From NCBI GenBank assembly GCA_963776495.1, contig CAVZMW010000006.1, forward strand, positions 370,435 to 434,434: DNA of 64,000 nt. Direction: 5' to 3'. Both the position numbers and the translations under genes were made by a program. Below the pieces are notes generated by a model, which saw only the letters and a program-made list of their open reading frames with translations, ran no database searches and was not told the origin of the DNA. Positions 1 through 8,168 of this stretch are shown piece by piece; position 1 is the first letter of the stretch, and every line of letters begins with the position of its first letter. This stretch comes from an uncultured Acidobacteriota bacterium (lineage in GTDB: Bacteria; Acidobacteriota; Vicinamibacteria; Vicinamibacterales; Fen-181).

Positions 1-60
1 GAAGACCGCGAGCGCCACCAGCACGCCGGCGGCCGCAACGAGTCTGTAGAACGTGTTCAT
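1..60 (-). CDS. 5' end of an unidentified exported/membrane protein (runs off the window start)
   Basis: The reverse complement of 1-60 reads ATG AAC ACG TTC TAC..., giving MNTFYRLVAAAGVLVALAVF. This is a hydrophobic signal/TM-like N-terminus preceded by a G-rich SD-like run. Only 20 codons are visible. Confidence 0.35.
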   Translation of the reverse strand, partial: MNTFYRLVAAAGVLVALAVF

Positions 61-83
61 CGGTGTTCCCCCTGCGCTTTCGG

Positions 84-2063
84 CTACTGGAGCGTGAAGG
101 TCGCCGTGTCCGAGCCGCTCTTCTGCGAGACGGCCCTGACCGTGACGGAGGTGCCGGGTTTCGCCTTGATCACCCACTCGAACGACTGGCGCGTGCCCGC
201 ACCCGCCAGCGCGTTGATGTGGTTGGTCTTCTCGTTGCCCGTGATGATCGACTCGGGCGGAACGCCGAGCTGGACCATCACCGGCTTGACGGCCCGGGCC
301 TGCACGGCCTGCGACAGCGCCGTGGGCAGGTAGCCGGAGTTCTCCACGTCCACCTTGATCCGGTAGAGTCCGGCACCGAGCGCGGTGACCTCGGTCTTGG
401 CGATCGCGATGTGCGAGAACAGCGACGAGAGGTAGAGGGCGAACTTCGCGTGCGAGGCCCCGAGGTCGGCAATCCTGGCCGCCGGCGGGTTCGTCGTCGC
501 GTAGGGCTTGAACCCGCCGATCTCGACCTGGCCGAGCGTCGGGTGCGAGAACGCCTTCCACGGCACGAAGCCGTCGATCTTCTCGGCGTCCATCCACTGC
601 AGCAGCCGCAGGTCGATCCCCTCGACGGATTCGCCGCCGGCCGCGTCGCCGCTCATGCCCGCCCCGCCGCCGCGCTGGCCGCCGCGCTGGCCGCCGGCCA
701 TCGCCGCCGCGCCGGACTGGCTGCCCGGCGCGCCCAATCCGTTCGGACGCGCGGCACCCGGCAGTCCCCAGCCCGGCGTCGAGAACGACGGCACGCCGTA
801 CTGGTAGTAGCCGTATTCGAAGAACGCGCCGGCCGGGGTCCGCGTGAACCCGGTCGCGCGCAGGCCGGTCAGTTCGCGGTACTTCTCGCCGATCGCCCGG
901 AAGTACTCGTAGTCGGCCGACGCGACCGTCGTGTTCGGCCGCTGTGCGGGCATCGCGGCCCGGCCGCCGGCCCCCTGGGCCTGTCCGCCGCGGCCGCCCG
1001 CGGGGCCGCCCCCCTCGTCGAACGACGCCATGCCCCGGCCGCCGCCGCGGCCGCCGAAGCCGGCGAGGTCGGGGAAGATCCCGACCCGGCGGGCGCCGGC
1101 CACGCTGCGGTCGGCGAAGTCGAGCAGGTTGATCGGGTTGGGCGCCGCGAGGGTGCCGGCGCGCGTCGGGCCGACGATCAGGTTGTCGCTCTCGCCGAAG
1201 GTGAGGATGGCCGCGATGTTCCGGTGCGCGAGGACGTAGTCGAGCACGGCGCGCGTCTCGGCCTCGCTGACCATGTACCGGCCCGCGTCCGGCTGGTAGT
1301 AGGGATACTGGTGCATGAAGTTCCGGTTGATGTCCACGCCGCCAGGCCCGTCCTCGGCGATGAAGCCGTCGTTGTCCTTGTCGAGGCCCTCCCAGTAGAG
1401 CGCCCAGCCGCCCGTCTCGCCCTTCGCCGGGTCGGCGCGGCGCATCAGGCGCGGGTCGTCGGGGCTCACCATGTACGGCCCCTTCGGGTCCTTCACGCGC
1501 ATCACGGTGATGAACCCGTCCTTGTTGAGGTCCTCGGGCCCGTCCTCGTCCATCCGGCCGTCGTTGTCGGCGTCGAACGGCGTCGCGTTCGTGCGGCGGC
1601 CAGTCTTGACCGGGGCGAACATCAGTTCCGCGCCGTCAGGGTTGACGCGCGGCAGGACGTAGACGACCTGGTTGTCGAGCCGCTGCTTGACGCCCGCGTC
1701 GGTGGCGTAGCCCTTCACGAGGAAGTCAACCAGGAACAGCGCGAGTTCGCTGCCGATCACGTGGTCGCCCTCGAAATTGGCGGCCACGAGCAGGGCGGGC
1801 CGCTGGTCCACCGGCTTGCCGGCCCGGTTCGCCAGCTCCACCGCCCAGATGTCCCGGCCCTCGCGCGTCTTTCCGATCGACGCGATCCGGGCGATCGTCG
1901 GGTTGGCGGCGACCAGCGCCTTGAGTTCGCCGGCGAGCTCCTGGTCGTTGTGGTACTTCGAGAAGTCGGTGGCCGCGGCGGCCGACGGCAGCAGCCATCC
2001 GAGGATGGCTGCCAGCGCGGCTGCACGAATCCACCCAACAGCGCACCGTGTTGGGGTCGGCAC
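84..2063 (-). CDS. Secreted M14-family zinc carboxypeptidase with Gly/Arg-rich low-complexity inserts
   Basis: The ORF 84..2174 translation has a signal-like AALAAILGWLLPSAAAA segment. This is followed by YHNDQELAGELKALVAANPTIARIASIGKTREGRDIWAVELAN, typical of an M14 N-terminal region. GTG at 2063 is preferred as the start because AGGAGGA lies 5 nt upstream. Confidence 0.85.
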   Translation of the reverse strand: MPTPTRCAVGWIRAAALAAILGWLLPSAAAATDFSKYHNDQELAGELKALVAANPTIARIASIGKTREGRDIWAVELANRAGKPVDQRPALLVAANFEGDHVIGSELALFLVDFLVKGYATDAGVKQRLDNQVVYVLPRVNPDGAELMFAPVKTGRRTNATPFDADNDGRMDEDGPEDLNKDGFITVMRVKDPKGPYMVSPDDPRLMRRADPAKGETGGWALYWEGLDKDNDGFIAEDGPGGVDINRNFMHQYPYYQPDAGRYMVSEAETRAVLDYVLAHRNIAAILTFGESDNLIVGPTRAGTLAAPNPINLLDFADRSVAGARRVGIFPDLAGFGGRGGGRGMASFDEGGGPAGGRGGQAQGAGGRAAMPAQRPNTTVASADYEYFRAIGEKYRELTGLRATGFTRTPAGAFFEYGYYQYGVPSFSTPGWGLPGAARPNGLGAPGSQSGAAAMAGGQRGGQRGGGAGMSGDAAGGESVEGIDLRLLQWMDAEKIDGFVPWKAFSHPTLGQVEIGGFKPYATTNPPAARIADLGASHAKFALYLSSLFSHIAIAKTEVTALGAGLYRIKVDVENSGYLPTALSQAVQARAVKPVMVQLGVPPESIITGNEKTNHINALAGAGTRQSFEWVIKAKPGTSVTVRAVSQKSGSDTATFTLQ

Positions 2064-2186
2064 TTCGGTCCTCCTGCGTCTCGCAAGCCCGGGCTTGCGC
2101 CGGGAACGGCGCCGGCACGGGCCGGCATGGTTTGGGGGTGGCCTGGGGGCCGGATGTCCGGGAGAGGCTATCACAACTTCGCAGAC

Positions 2187-2283
2187 CGGCCGACGACTGA
2201 CGACTGACGGTTGACGGTCCTGTCACGCGTGACAGCCGGACGCGGCCGTCGGCCGGCCGTCGTCAGCCGTCAGCCGTCAGCCG
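2187..2283. repeat. Intergenic heptamer-armed palindrome (GACGACT/GACGGTT units; core CTGTCACGCGTGACAG at 2220-2235; CGTCAGC units)
   Basis: The left arm gacgactgacgactgacggttgacgg and the right arm ccgtcgtcagccgtcagccgtcagcc are approximate reverse complements. They flank a perfect 16-nt palindrome. Confidence 0.85.
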
Positions 2284-2297
2284 GTCGCGATGGGATC

Positions 2298-2326
2298 TTG
2301 ACACTGTAAACTTGCCAGTGTACAGT
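2298..2326 (+). promoter_or_regulatory. Sigma70-like promoter TTGACA-N17-TACAGT with overlapping inverted repeat (candidate TetR operator)
   Basis: TTGACA is at 2298-2303 and TACAGT at 2321-2326, with an exact 17-nt spacer, 8 nt upstream of the TetR GTG. ACTGTA...TACAGT and CACTG...CAGTG inverted repeats lie within it. Confidence 0.45.
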
Positions 2327-2333
2327 TGCCCCC

Positions 2334-3089
2334 GTGTCGCCCTACCACCACGGCGATCTCCGCCGCGCCCTCATCGACGGCGCTCTCCGCCAGATCGGGA
2401 CACGCGGCCTCGGCGGTTGGTCGCTCCGCGAGGCGGCCGCCGAGGCCGGCGTGTCGCATGCCGCCCCCTACCACCATTTCCGCGACCGCGACGACCTGGT
2501 GGCCGCGGTGGCGCGCGATGGCCTCGAGCGCCTGGACGCGCTCATGGCGGAGGGCCAGCAACGGGCCGGCGACGAGCCGCTCGACCAACTGCTGGCCATC
2601 GGCCTCGCCTACGTGCGGTTCGCCGTCGAGCGGCCCGACTACTTCGCGGCCATCGAGGGCGCCTCGGCGGCCAAGACAGCAGATCGCGCACGGCTTCCCG
2701 CCTCCGCCCGCTCGGAGTCGGTGCGGGCTACGGCGAGGCCTCGCCGTAGCGCTTCGCGCGAAGGCGGGAAGCCGTGCGCCGACGCCGCGGAGACACCCCC
2801 TCCCGGCCCGACCTGGATGCGCCTGACCGACGCGGTAGCCGCGTGCCAGCGCGCCGGGCGTCTGCCGGAGGGCGACCCGGTCATCGTGGCCGTCAGCCTG
2901 TGGTCGCTCGTGCACGGCCTGGCGGAGTTGTGGAAGACCGGGCCGCTCGCGTGCCTCCCGCAGGCCTCCGACGGCCTGCTGCCGCTCGCCGAGCGCGTGC
3001 TCCGCGCCGCGGTCGGCCAAGGTGATAGGGTGACCGGCCGACGGCCGACGGCTGACGGTCGACGGCGACGTCACACCAGCCACGCGTGA
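2334..3089 (+). CDS. TetR/AcrR-family transcriptional regulator
   Basis: The N-terminal HTH signature is HHGDLRRALIDGAL...WSLREAAAEAGVSHAAPYHHFRDRDDLVAAVA. The last ~18 codons (GRRPTADGRRRRHTSHA) are read out of the downstream heptamer repeat. Confidence 0.85.
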   Translation: MSPYHHGDLRRALIDGALRQIGTRGLGGWSLREAAAEAGVSHAAPYHHFRDRDDLVAAVARDGLERLDALMAEGQQRAGDEPLDQLLAIGLAYVRFAVERPDYFAAIEGASAAKTADRARLPASARSESVRATARPRRSASREGGKPCADAAETPPPGPTWMRLTDAVAACQRAGRLPEGDPVIVAVSLWSLVHGLAELWKTGPLACLPQASDGLLPLAERVLRAAVGQGDRVTGRRPTADGRRRRHTSHA

Positions 3090-3124
3090 CGCGACCGTCA
3101 GTCGTCAGCCGTCAGTCGTCAGCC
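3033..3124. repeat. Heptamer-armed palindrome (GACGGCx units; core region ACGCGTGAC; CGTCAGx units)
   Basis: The sequence is ccgacggccgacggctgacggtcgacgg ... cacgcgtgac ... ccgtcagtcgtcagccgtcagtcgtcagcc. It overlaps the 3' end of the TetR ORF. Confidence 0.8.
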
Positions 3125-3148
3125 TGTTTCCACGATGAGGATCCGTTC

Positions 3149-3715
3149 ATGACCGCTCTGATTCTCGATGCCTCACCAAGCCCAGACCACCCGGCCTCCC
3201 GGGCGGCGTCCGCGCTCGAGGACGTCTACCGCCGCCGCGGGGCCATCGTCGATCGCGTGCGCCTCGCCGAACTCGACATCGCCCCCTGCAACGGCTGCTT
3301 CGGGTGCTGGACGACGCGCCCTGGCGAGTGCCTGATGGCGGACGACGCCCGCGGCCTGGCGGCGAAGGTGGTGGCGGCCGACACGGTGGCCGTGGCGGGG
3401 CCGGTGGCGTTCGGCGCGTGGGGCTCGATCGCCAAGAACGCCCTCGACCGCCTCATCTGCCTGATCCTCCCGCACTTCACGACCGTGGACGGGGAGGTGC
3501 ACCACGGGCGGAGGTATGCGCGCTACCCGCGCTGGCTTGCGCTCGGGACGCTGCCGGAGCCGAACCCCAGGGCCGAGGCGATCTTCCGCCACGTGGTCGA
3601 TCGAAACGCCGTCAACCTCCACAACCCGGCGCAGGCGACGGGGATCCTCATCGGTGAGGCCGACGCCGTCCCGCTGGCCGAGGAGCTGGTGGCCGCCGTC
3701 GAGGAGGCCGTATGA
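3149..3715 (+). CDS. Flavodoxin-like fold protein (NADPH-dependent FMN reductase / iron-sulfur flavoprotein-like)
   Basis: MTALILDASPS...IAPCNGCFGCWTTRPGECLMADDA...ADTVAVAGPVAFG matches the pattern of this family. ATG at 3149 is chosen because the upstream part of the ORF is repeat-encoded. Confidence 0.7.
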   Translation: MTALILDASPSPDHPASRAASALEDVYRRRGAIVDRVRLAELDIAPCNGCFGCWTTRPGECLMADDARGLAAKVVAADTVAVAGPVAFGAWGSIAKNALDRLICLILPHFTTVDGEVHHGRRYARYPRWLALGTLPEPNPRAEAIFRHVVDRNAVNLHNPAQATGILIGEADAVPLAEELVAAVEEAV

Positions 3716-4380
3716 ACGCGCTGCTGCTCATCGGCAGTCCGAAGCCGGAGGTGAGCGCGTCGCGCTCGTTCGGCGAGGCGATGCTCGGCAGGCTCTCCGC
3801 GCGCGGAGCGGAGACGCGCACCGCCCGCGTCACGCCGGCGTTCTGCTCGCCGGAGGCGATGGACCGCCTGATGGCCGACGTCGATTGGGCGGACCTGGTC
3901 CTGCTGTCGTCGCCGGTTTACGTGGACGTGCTTCCTGCGCCGGTCATGCGGTTGCTCGAGACGTGGAGCTGCCGGGCCTCCGCCTCGGACACCACCGCCA
4001 GGCGTCCCGTGCGGCTGGCCGTGCTGGTCCAGTGCGGGTTCCCCGAAGCGCGGCACTGCGCGTCGGCCATCGAGGTGGGGGAGGAGTTCTGCCGCCAGTC
4101 GGGCGTCGGCTGGGCGGGCGCGCTGGCGTTCGGCTGCGGCGGCGCGCTGGCGGGACGAACGCCGGAGCGCTCGCCGCTGGCCAGGGTGGTGCCCGCGCTC
4201 GACGAGGCCGCCGACGCGCTGGCCGCCGGGCGCGAGATTCCCGCCGAGACCGCGCGCGTGTTCGGGAGGCAGTTCGCGCCCACCTGGGGCTACACCCTCT
4301 TCGGGGGATTCAGCTGGTGGTGGCTCGCGCGGAAGAGGGGCGGGCGCGAGCCGCTTCGCCTGCGGCGCTACAAGCAGTAA
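3712..4380 (+). CDS. Second flavodoxin-like fold protein (NAD(P)H-dependent oxidoreductase-like)
   Basis: MNALLLIGSPKPEVSASRSF...ADLVLLSSPVYVDVLPAPVMRLLE is the family pattern. An ATGA overlap with the preceding gene suggests translational coupling. Confidence 0.6.
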   Translation: MNALLLIGSPKPEVSASRSFGEAMLGRLSARGAETRTARVTPAFCSPEAMDRLMADVDWADLVLLSSPVYVDVLPAPVMRLLETWSCRASASDTTARRPVRLAVLVQCGFPEARHCASAIEVGEEFCRQSGVGWAGALAFGCGGALAGRTPERSPLARVVPALDEAADALAAGREIPAETARVFGRQFAPTWGYTLFGGFSWWWLARKRGGREPLRLRRYKQ

Positions 4381-4389
4381 TCGGGTTAT

Positions 4390-4513
4390 CTTGCGCAAGT
4401 GCGAAGTGAGAAGTACGAAGTAAGAAGTGCCGCGGTGTCACGACCGCCAACCGCTCCGTTGGCCGCCAGCCGCCAGCCGCCAGCGTCAGCCGTCAGCCGT
4501 CAGCCGTCAGCCG
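4390..4513. repeat. Composite intergenic short-unit repeat (GAAGT(A/G) units, GTGTCACG, GCCGCCA units, CGTCAGC x4)
   Basis: The sequence is gcgaagtgagaagtacgaagtaagaagt ... ggtgtcacg ... gccgccagccgccagccgccag cgtcagccgtcagccgtcagccgtcagcc. Confidence 0.8.
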
Positions 4514-4536
4514 GCGCGCCCGAATACGTCCGCCGT

Positions 4537-4815
4537 TCAGTACCCGCGCCGCCTCTGCCTGTGGCTGGCTGGCGACAGGTCGATCACCAGCGCGACCACG
4601 ATCCCGAGGACCGGCCAGAAGGTCCACTGGCCGGCGAACCAGTGCTGCACGGCGGTGTACCATAGCAGCGTCGTTGGCAGGAAGAAGAACCCGAGCACGG
4701 GCCACAGCGCGATGCTGAACATGCCCCGGAACCACGACGTGAACAGCCACAACAGCACGACGATCACTCGCGGCGCGGCCAGCGCGGCGACGACCAACAG
4801 GCACGGCATGCGCAC
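4537..4815 (-). CDS. Small integral membrane protein, function unknown
   Basis: The 92-aa product is rich in W/F/L with about 3 hydrophobic spans (LLVVAALAAPRVIVVLLWLF, ALWPVLGFFFLPTTLLWY, WTFWPVLGIVVALVI). It has a basic tail. Confidence 0.55.
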   Translation of the reverse strand: MRMPCLLVVAALAAPRVIVVLLWLFTSWFRGMFSIALWPVLGFFFLPTTLLWYTAVQHWFAGQWTFWPVLGIVVALVIDLSPASHRQRRRGY

Positions 4816-5632
4816 ACCCTCCTGCCGGACCTGGCCGGCAGCTGAGACGCGGGTCCATTATGCCGCGGTATCACCCGCGTTCGAGCGGAAATGGCGCCCC
4901 GGGCTGCTTGTCGTCCTCGCGGCGACCCTGGTTGCCGCGTGCGGCGGGCGCGTCGTGCAGGCCCCTCCCGCCGCCGACCACCACATGCACCTCCAGAGCG
5001 CGCGCACGGTGAGCGTGCTGCTCAGGCTGAAGCAGGCGTTCAAGGAGCCGGCCTCGCCGGCCGATCGCCAGGTGCTCGGCGCGGAGGACGCCGTGGCCGC
5101 CCTCGACGCCGCCGGCATCCGCCGCGGGGTCGTCCTGTCCGGCGCCTTCCTCCTCGGCACCTCCGACATCGTCGTCGCCGACGAACGCCGGATGGTCGCC
5201 GACGAGAACGCGTGGACCGCAAAGGAGGCGGCACGCTACCCCTCGCGGCTGGTCGGCTTCTGCAGCGTCAACCCGCTGAAGGACTACGCCGACTCCGATG
5301 TGGAACACTGCGCCGCGATCGGGCTGCGCGGGTTGAAGCTCCACTTCACGAGCTCGGCCGTGGACCTGTCGGACGCGGACCACGTGGCGCGCCTGAGGCG
5401 CGTGCTCGGCACGGCCAACCGGCTCCGCCTGCCGGTGCTCGTCCACCTGCGCACCCGGGCGATGGACTACGGCGTGCGCGAGGCCAACGTGTTCCTCGGC
5501 CACGTGCTGTTCGGCAGCGACTGGCCGGCCATGACGCCGGCCGACACGGCGGCGGCCATTCGCAGGTCGCTGCCGCTCCGGCCCGCCGAGATCGAAACCA
5601 TCTTCGCCAACCGGGCACCATACCTGAGGTAG
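4808..5632 (+). CDS. Amidohydrolase-family (TIM-barrel metal hydrolase) lipoprotein, possibly internally shortened
   Basis: It has a lipobox-like LVAACGG, a metal motif HHMH, GLKLHFTS, LPVLVHLR and a terminal LFGSDWP. The start was moved to ATG 4808 because the upstream ORF portion overlaps the minus-strand membrane gene and the repeat. Confidence 0.7.
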   Translation: MRTPSCRTWPAAETRVHYAAVSPAFERKWRPGLLVVLAATLVAACGGRVVQAPPAADHHMHLQSARTVSVLLRLKQAFKEPASPADRQVLGAEDAVAALDAAGIRRGVVLSGAFLLGTSDIVVADERRMVADENAWTAKEAARYPSRLVGFCSVNPLKDYADSDVEHCAAIGLRGLKLHFTSSAVDLSDADHVARLRRVLGTANRLRLPVLVHLRTRAMDYGVREANVFLGHVLFGSDWPAMTPADTAAAIRRSLPLRPAEIETIFANRAPYLR

Positions 5633-5699
5633 CGGGCGGCGCGCCGGGGCGACGATATAATGGTGGTCGCCATCAGCGCCGCCCTTGTGAGGAGTCTCC

Positions 5700-6842
5700 G
5701 TGCAGCATCGTTCGCTTCCCGGCCGTCAGGCGACGGCCGTTCCGATTCTCGGTTTCGGGTGCATGCGGCTTCCGATCGTCGGACGCGACCCGGCCGTCAT
5801 CGACGAAGAGCGGGCCGACCCGCTCATCCGCTCGGCCATTTCGCGCGGTGTCACGTATCTGGACACCGCCTACCCCTATCACGGCGGCAACAGCGAGCTG
5901 TTCGTCGGCCGCCTGCTCGCCGGCGGCCTGCGTGAGAAGGTGCAGCTTGCCACCAAGCTGCCGACGTGGCTGATCAGGACCGAGGCCGATTTCGAGCGGC
6001 TCCTCGACGAGCAGTTGCGCCGCCTCCAGACCGGCTGGTTCGACTTCTACATGTTCCACGGCCTCGGCGGGGAGCGCTGGGAACTCGTCCGGCGGCTCCG
6101 GGGGCTCGAGGCCTTCGAGCGTGCCCGGGCGGACGGTCGCATACGCCACATCGGCTTCTCCTTCCACGGGTCGCCCGACGACTTCTCGACGATCGTGGAC
6201 GCCTACGACTGGGACTTCTGCCAGATCCAGTACAACTTCATCGACGAGGAGTACCAGGCCGGCACGGCCGGGCTGCGGCGGGCGGCGGCGCGGAAGGTCG
6301 GCGTGTTCTCGATGGAGCCGCTCCGCGGCGGCACGCTGGGCGCGGGCGGGCCCGAAGCGGTCGAGGCGATCTGGGCGGAGGCGGCCGTGAAGCGGGCGCC
6401 GGCCGATTGGGCGCTGCGCTGGGTGTGGGATCACCCGGAAGTGGTGATGGCGCTCTCCGGGATGAACGCGCCCGAGCAGCTCGACGCGAACATCGCCACC
6501 GCCGAAGCCGCCCGGGCCGGGGCGATGACCTCGGACGAACGGGCGCTGGTGGCCCGCGTGCGCGACGTCTTCCGGGCGAGGATGAAGGTCGCCTGCACGA
6601 CCTGCGGCTACTGCCTGCCGTGCCCGAACGGCGTGTCGATCCCCGACGTCTTCTCGAGCTACAACACCAGCGCGATGTTCGGCACGCTCCGGGCCGCGTC
6701 GGCCGTCTACCGCATGTACGTGATGGCCGGCGGCCGCGGCGCGGACAAGTGCGCCCGCTGCGGCGAATGCGAACCCAAGTGCCCCCAGCAGATCCCGATC
6801 CAGGACATGCTGGAGGTGGCGCACTCGCATCTCACGGAGTGA
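5700..6842 (+). CDS. Aldo/keto reductase with C-terminal 4Fe-4S ferredoxin-type domain
   Basis: GFGCMRLP...YLDTAYPYHGGNSELFVG is the AKR signature. The C-terminal region has CTTCGYCLPCPNG and CARCGECEPKCPQ cysteine clusters. A GAGGAG SD precedes the GTG start. Confidence 0.85.
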   Translation: MQHRSLPGRQATAVPILGFGCMRLPIVGRDPAVIDEERADPLIRSAISRGVTYLDTAYPYHGGNSELFVGRLLAGGLREKVQLATKLPTWLIRTEADFERLLDEQLRRLQTGWFDFYMFHGLGGERWELVRRLRGLEAFERARADGRIRHIGFSFHGSPDDFSTIVDAYDWDFCQIQYNFIDEEYQAGTAGLRRAAARKVGVFSMEPLRGGTLGAGGPEAVEAIWAEAAVKRAPADWALRWVWDHPEVVMALSGMNAPEQLDANIATAEAARAGAMTSDERALVARVRDVFRARMKVACTTCGYCLPCPNGVSIPDVFSSYNTSAMFGTLRAASAVYRMYVMAGGRGADKCARCGECEPKCPQQIPIQDMLEVAHSHLTE

Positions 6843-6846
6843 ACGG

Positions 6847-6953
6847 CTTGCGCCTTACGGCCTACGCCATACGCCTCACGCCCGTGTCACGCCGTCAGGT
6901 GTGATCCTGCCGTCAGCCGTCAGCCGTCAGCCGTCGGCCGTCAGCCGTCAGCC
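6847..6953. repeat. Composite repeat: GCCTTACG-type octamers + GTGTCACG + CGTCAGC heptamers
   Basis: The sequence is gcgccttacggcctacgccatacgcctcacgcc cgtgtcacg ... cgtcagccgtcagccgtcagccgtcggccgtcagccgtcagcc. It lies between convergent genes. Confidence 0.8.
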
Positions 6954-6960
6954 GAGGGAT

Positions 6961-8088
6961 CTACTGCCTGTCTTGCTGTCCGGAAGTCCCGTACAGCGCC
7001 TCGGCCGTCGGCCACTCCACCGCCGCCAAGGTGGCCGGCGTCGTCGTGGGCAGCGTGCGGTGTGGCACCACGAGCGGCTGCGTGACCGGGGGAGCCGAGC
7101 CGCGCTGGGGAATCTGGTAGGCCCGTCCAGCCGTGAGAACAGTGCTCTTCAGGCCGTTGGCCGCCATGATGGCCCGTGTCGAGGTGCCGTAGCGGGCGGC
7201 AAGCAGGCGCAGCGTCTGGCCCTTCTTCACCACGTACGACACCGTGTACACCGACGGCTTCATGAGGTTCAGCTGGACCAGCAGCGGGTGCGCCCGCCGC
7301 CCCATCTCCTGCGCCACCGCGTTGTAGAACCGGACGTGGTAATGCGTCCGGTGCCCGACGACGTGCTGGACGACCGCGTCTCTGAGGCCCCTGCCGCACT
7401 GGAACACGTGGTCCAGGAAGTCCTGGTCTTCGCCCAGGTTCAGCGCGTACTTGTAGAGCATCCGCTGGACGCGGGTGTCGAGCAGGATCATCTCCACGTC
7501 GGTGCGCGTCACGAGCGACCGGACCAGCGCCCAGTTCCGCGCCAGGTCGAAGTTGGCCGCCGTCGCCGGCAGGAACCACTGCGTGGTCCCCGACTTGTAA
7601 TAGAACCCGACGTCGGCGTCCCGGCCGCCCTGGTGCGACTTGTGGCGCTTCAGATGCCCGCCGTTCGCCGCGCTGATGTCGCCGATGACGATGGGCGGCG
7701 TCTCCGGGAAGAGATCGTAGACGGTGTCGATGGCGGCCGCCAGGAAGGCGATGGTCTCCGACGTCGCGTACGAGTCGGCATTCGGCGCGATCTGCCAGTG
7801 GGGGTTCGAAGGCAGGGCCACGCTGTTGAAGAGCGAGGCGCGGCCGGGGGTGCCGATCGAGAGCGAGCCGAGCGATGTCGGGTCGGCGGCGATCCGCTCC
7901 ATGAGTTCGTCGTCGCTCAGGTCGAGCAGGGCGGCGGGAGCCTCTGAGCCTTTCGGGGCCACCGCGGCGGTCGCCGGGCCTGCCGGCGCGACCGGCGACG
8001 GCGAGGCCAGACCGGCGGCGGGCAGGGCGATTATCCAGAGACCGGCAAGAGCTTTAGCGGCGGAAACCATAGGCGTACGTCCGTGCAC
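6961..8088 (-). CDS. mepA: Penicillin-insensitive murein endopeptidase (MepA/M74-like) with C-terminal LysM domain
   Basis: A signal peptide is present. GGHLKRHKSHQGGRDADVGFYY and HYHVRFYN match MepA-like metal and active-site motifs. The C-terminal YVVKKGQTLRLLAARYGTSTRAIMAANGL is a LysM pattern. Confidence 0.78.
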   Translation of the reverse strand: MHGRTPMVSAAKALAGLWIIALPAAGLASPSPVAPAGPATAAVAPKGSEAPAALLDLSDDELMERIAADPTSLGSLSIGTPGRASLFNSVALPSNPHWQIAPNADSYATSETIAFLAAAIDTVYDLFPETPPIVIGDISAANGGHLKRHKSHQGGRDADVGFYYKSGTTQWFLPATAANFDLARNWALVRSLVTRTDVEMILLDTRVQRMLYKYALNLGEDQDFLDHVFQCGRGLRDAVVQHVVGHRTHYHVRFYNAVAQEMGRRAHPLLVQLNLMKPSVYTVSYVVKKGQTLRLLAARYGTSTRAIMAANGLKSTVLTAGRAYQIPQRGSAPPVTQPLVVPHRTLPTTTPATLAAVEWPTAEALYGTSGQQDRQ

Positions 8089-8168
8089 TTTCCCCGATCC
8101 TCAACCTCAAGTCAAGTAGAATCATGCGGTTGGAGTCGTTCAGCCTCACTCGTGGTAAAAAGGACGCC

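Noticed and set aside
5655-5660. An isolated TATAAT box within a small GGCGAC...GTCGCC hairpin upstream of the aldo/keto reductase gene.
   Set aside because: No recognisable -35 lies at a suitable spacing. A single hexamer is insufficient to call a promoter.
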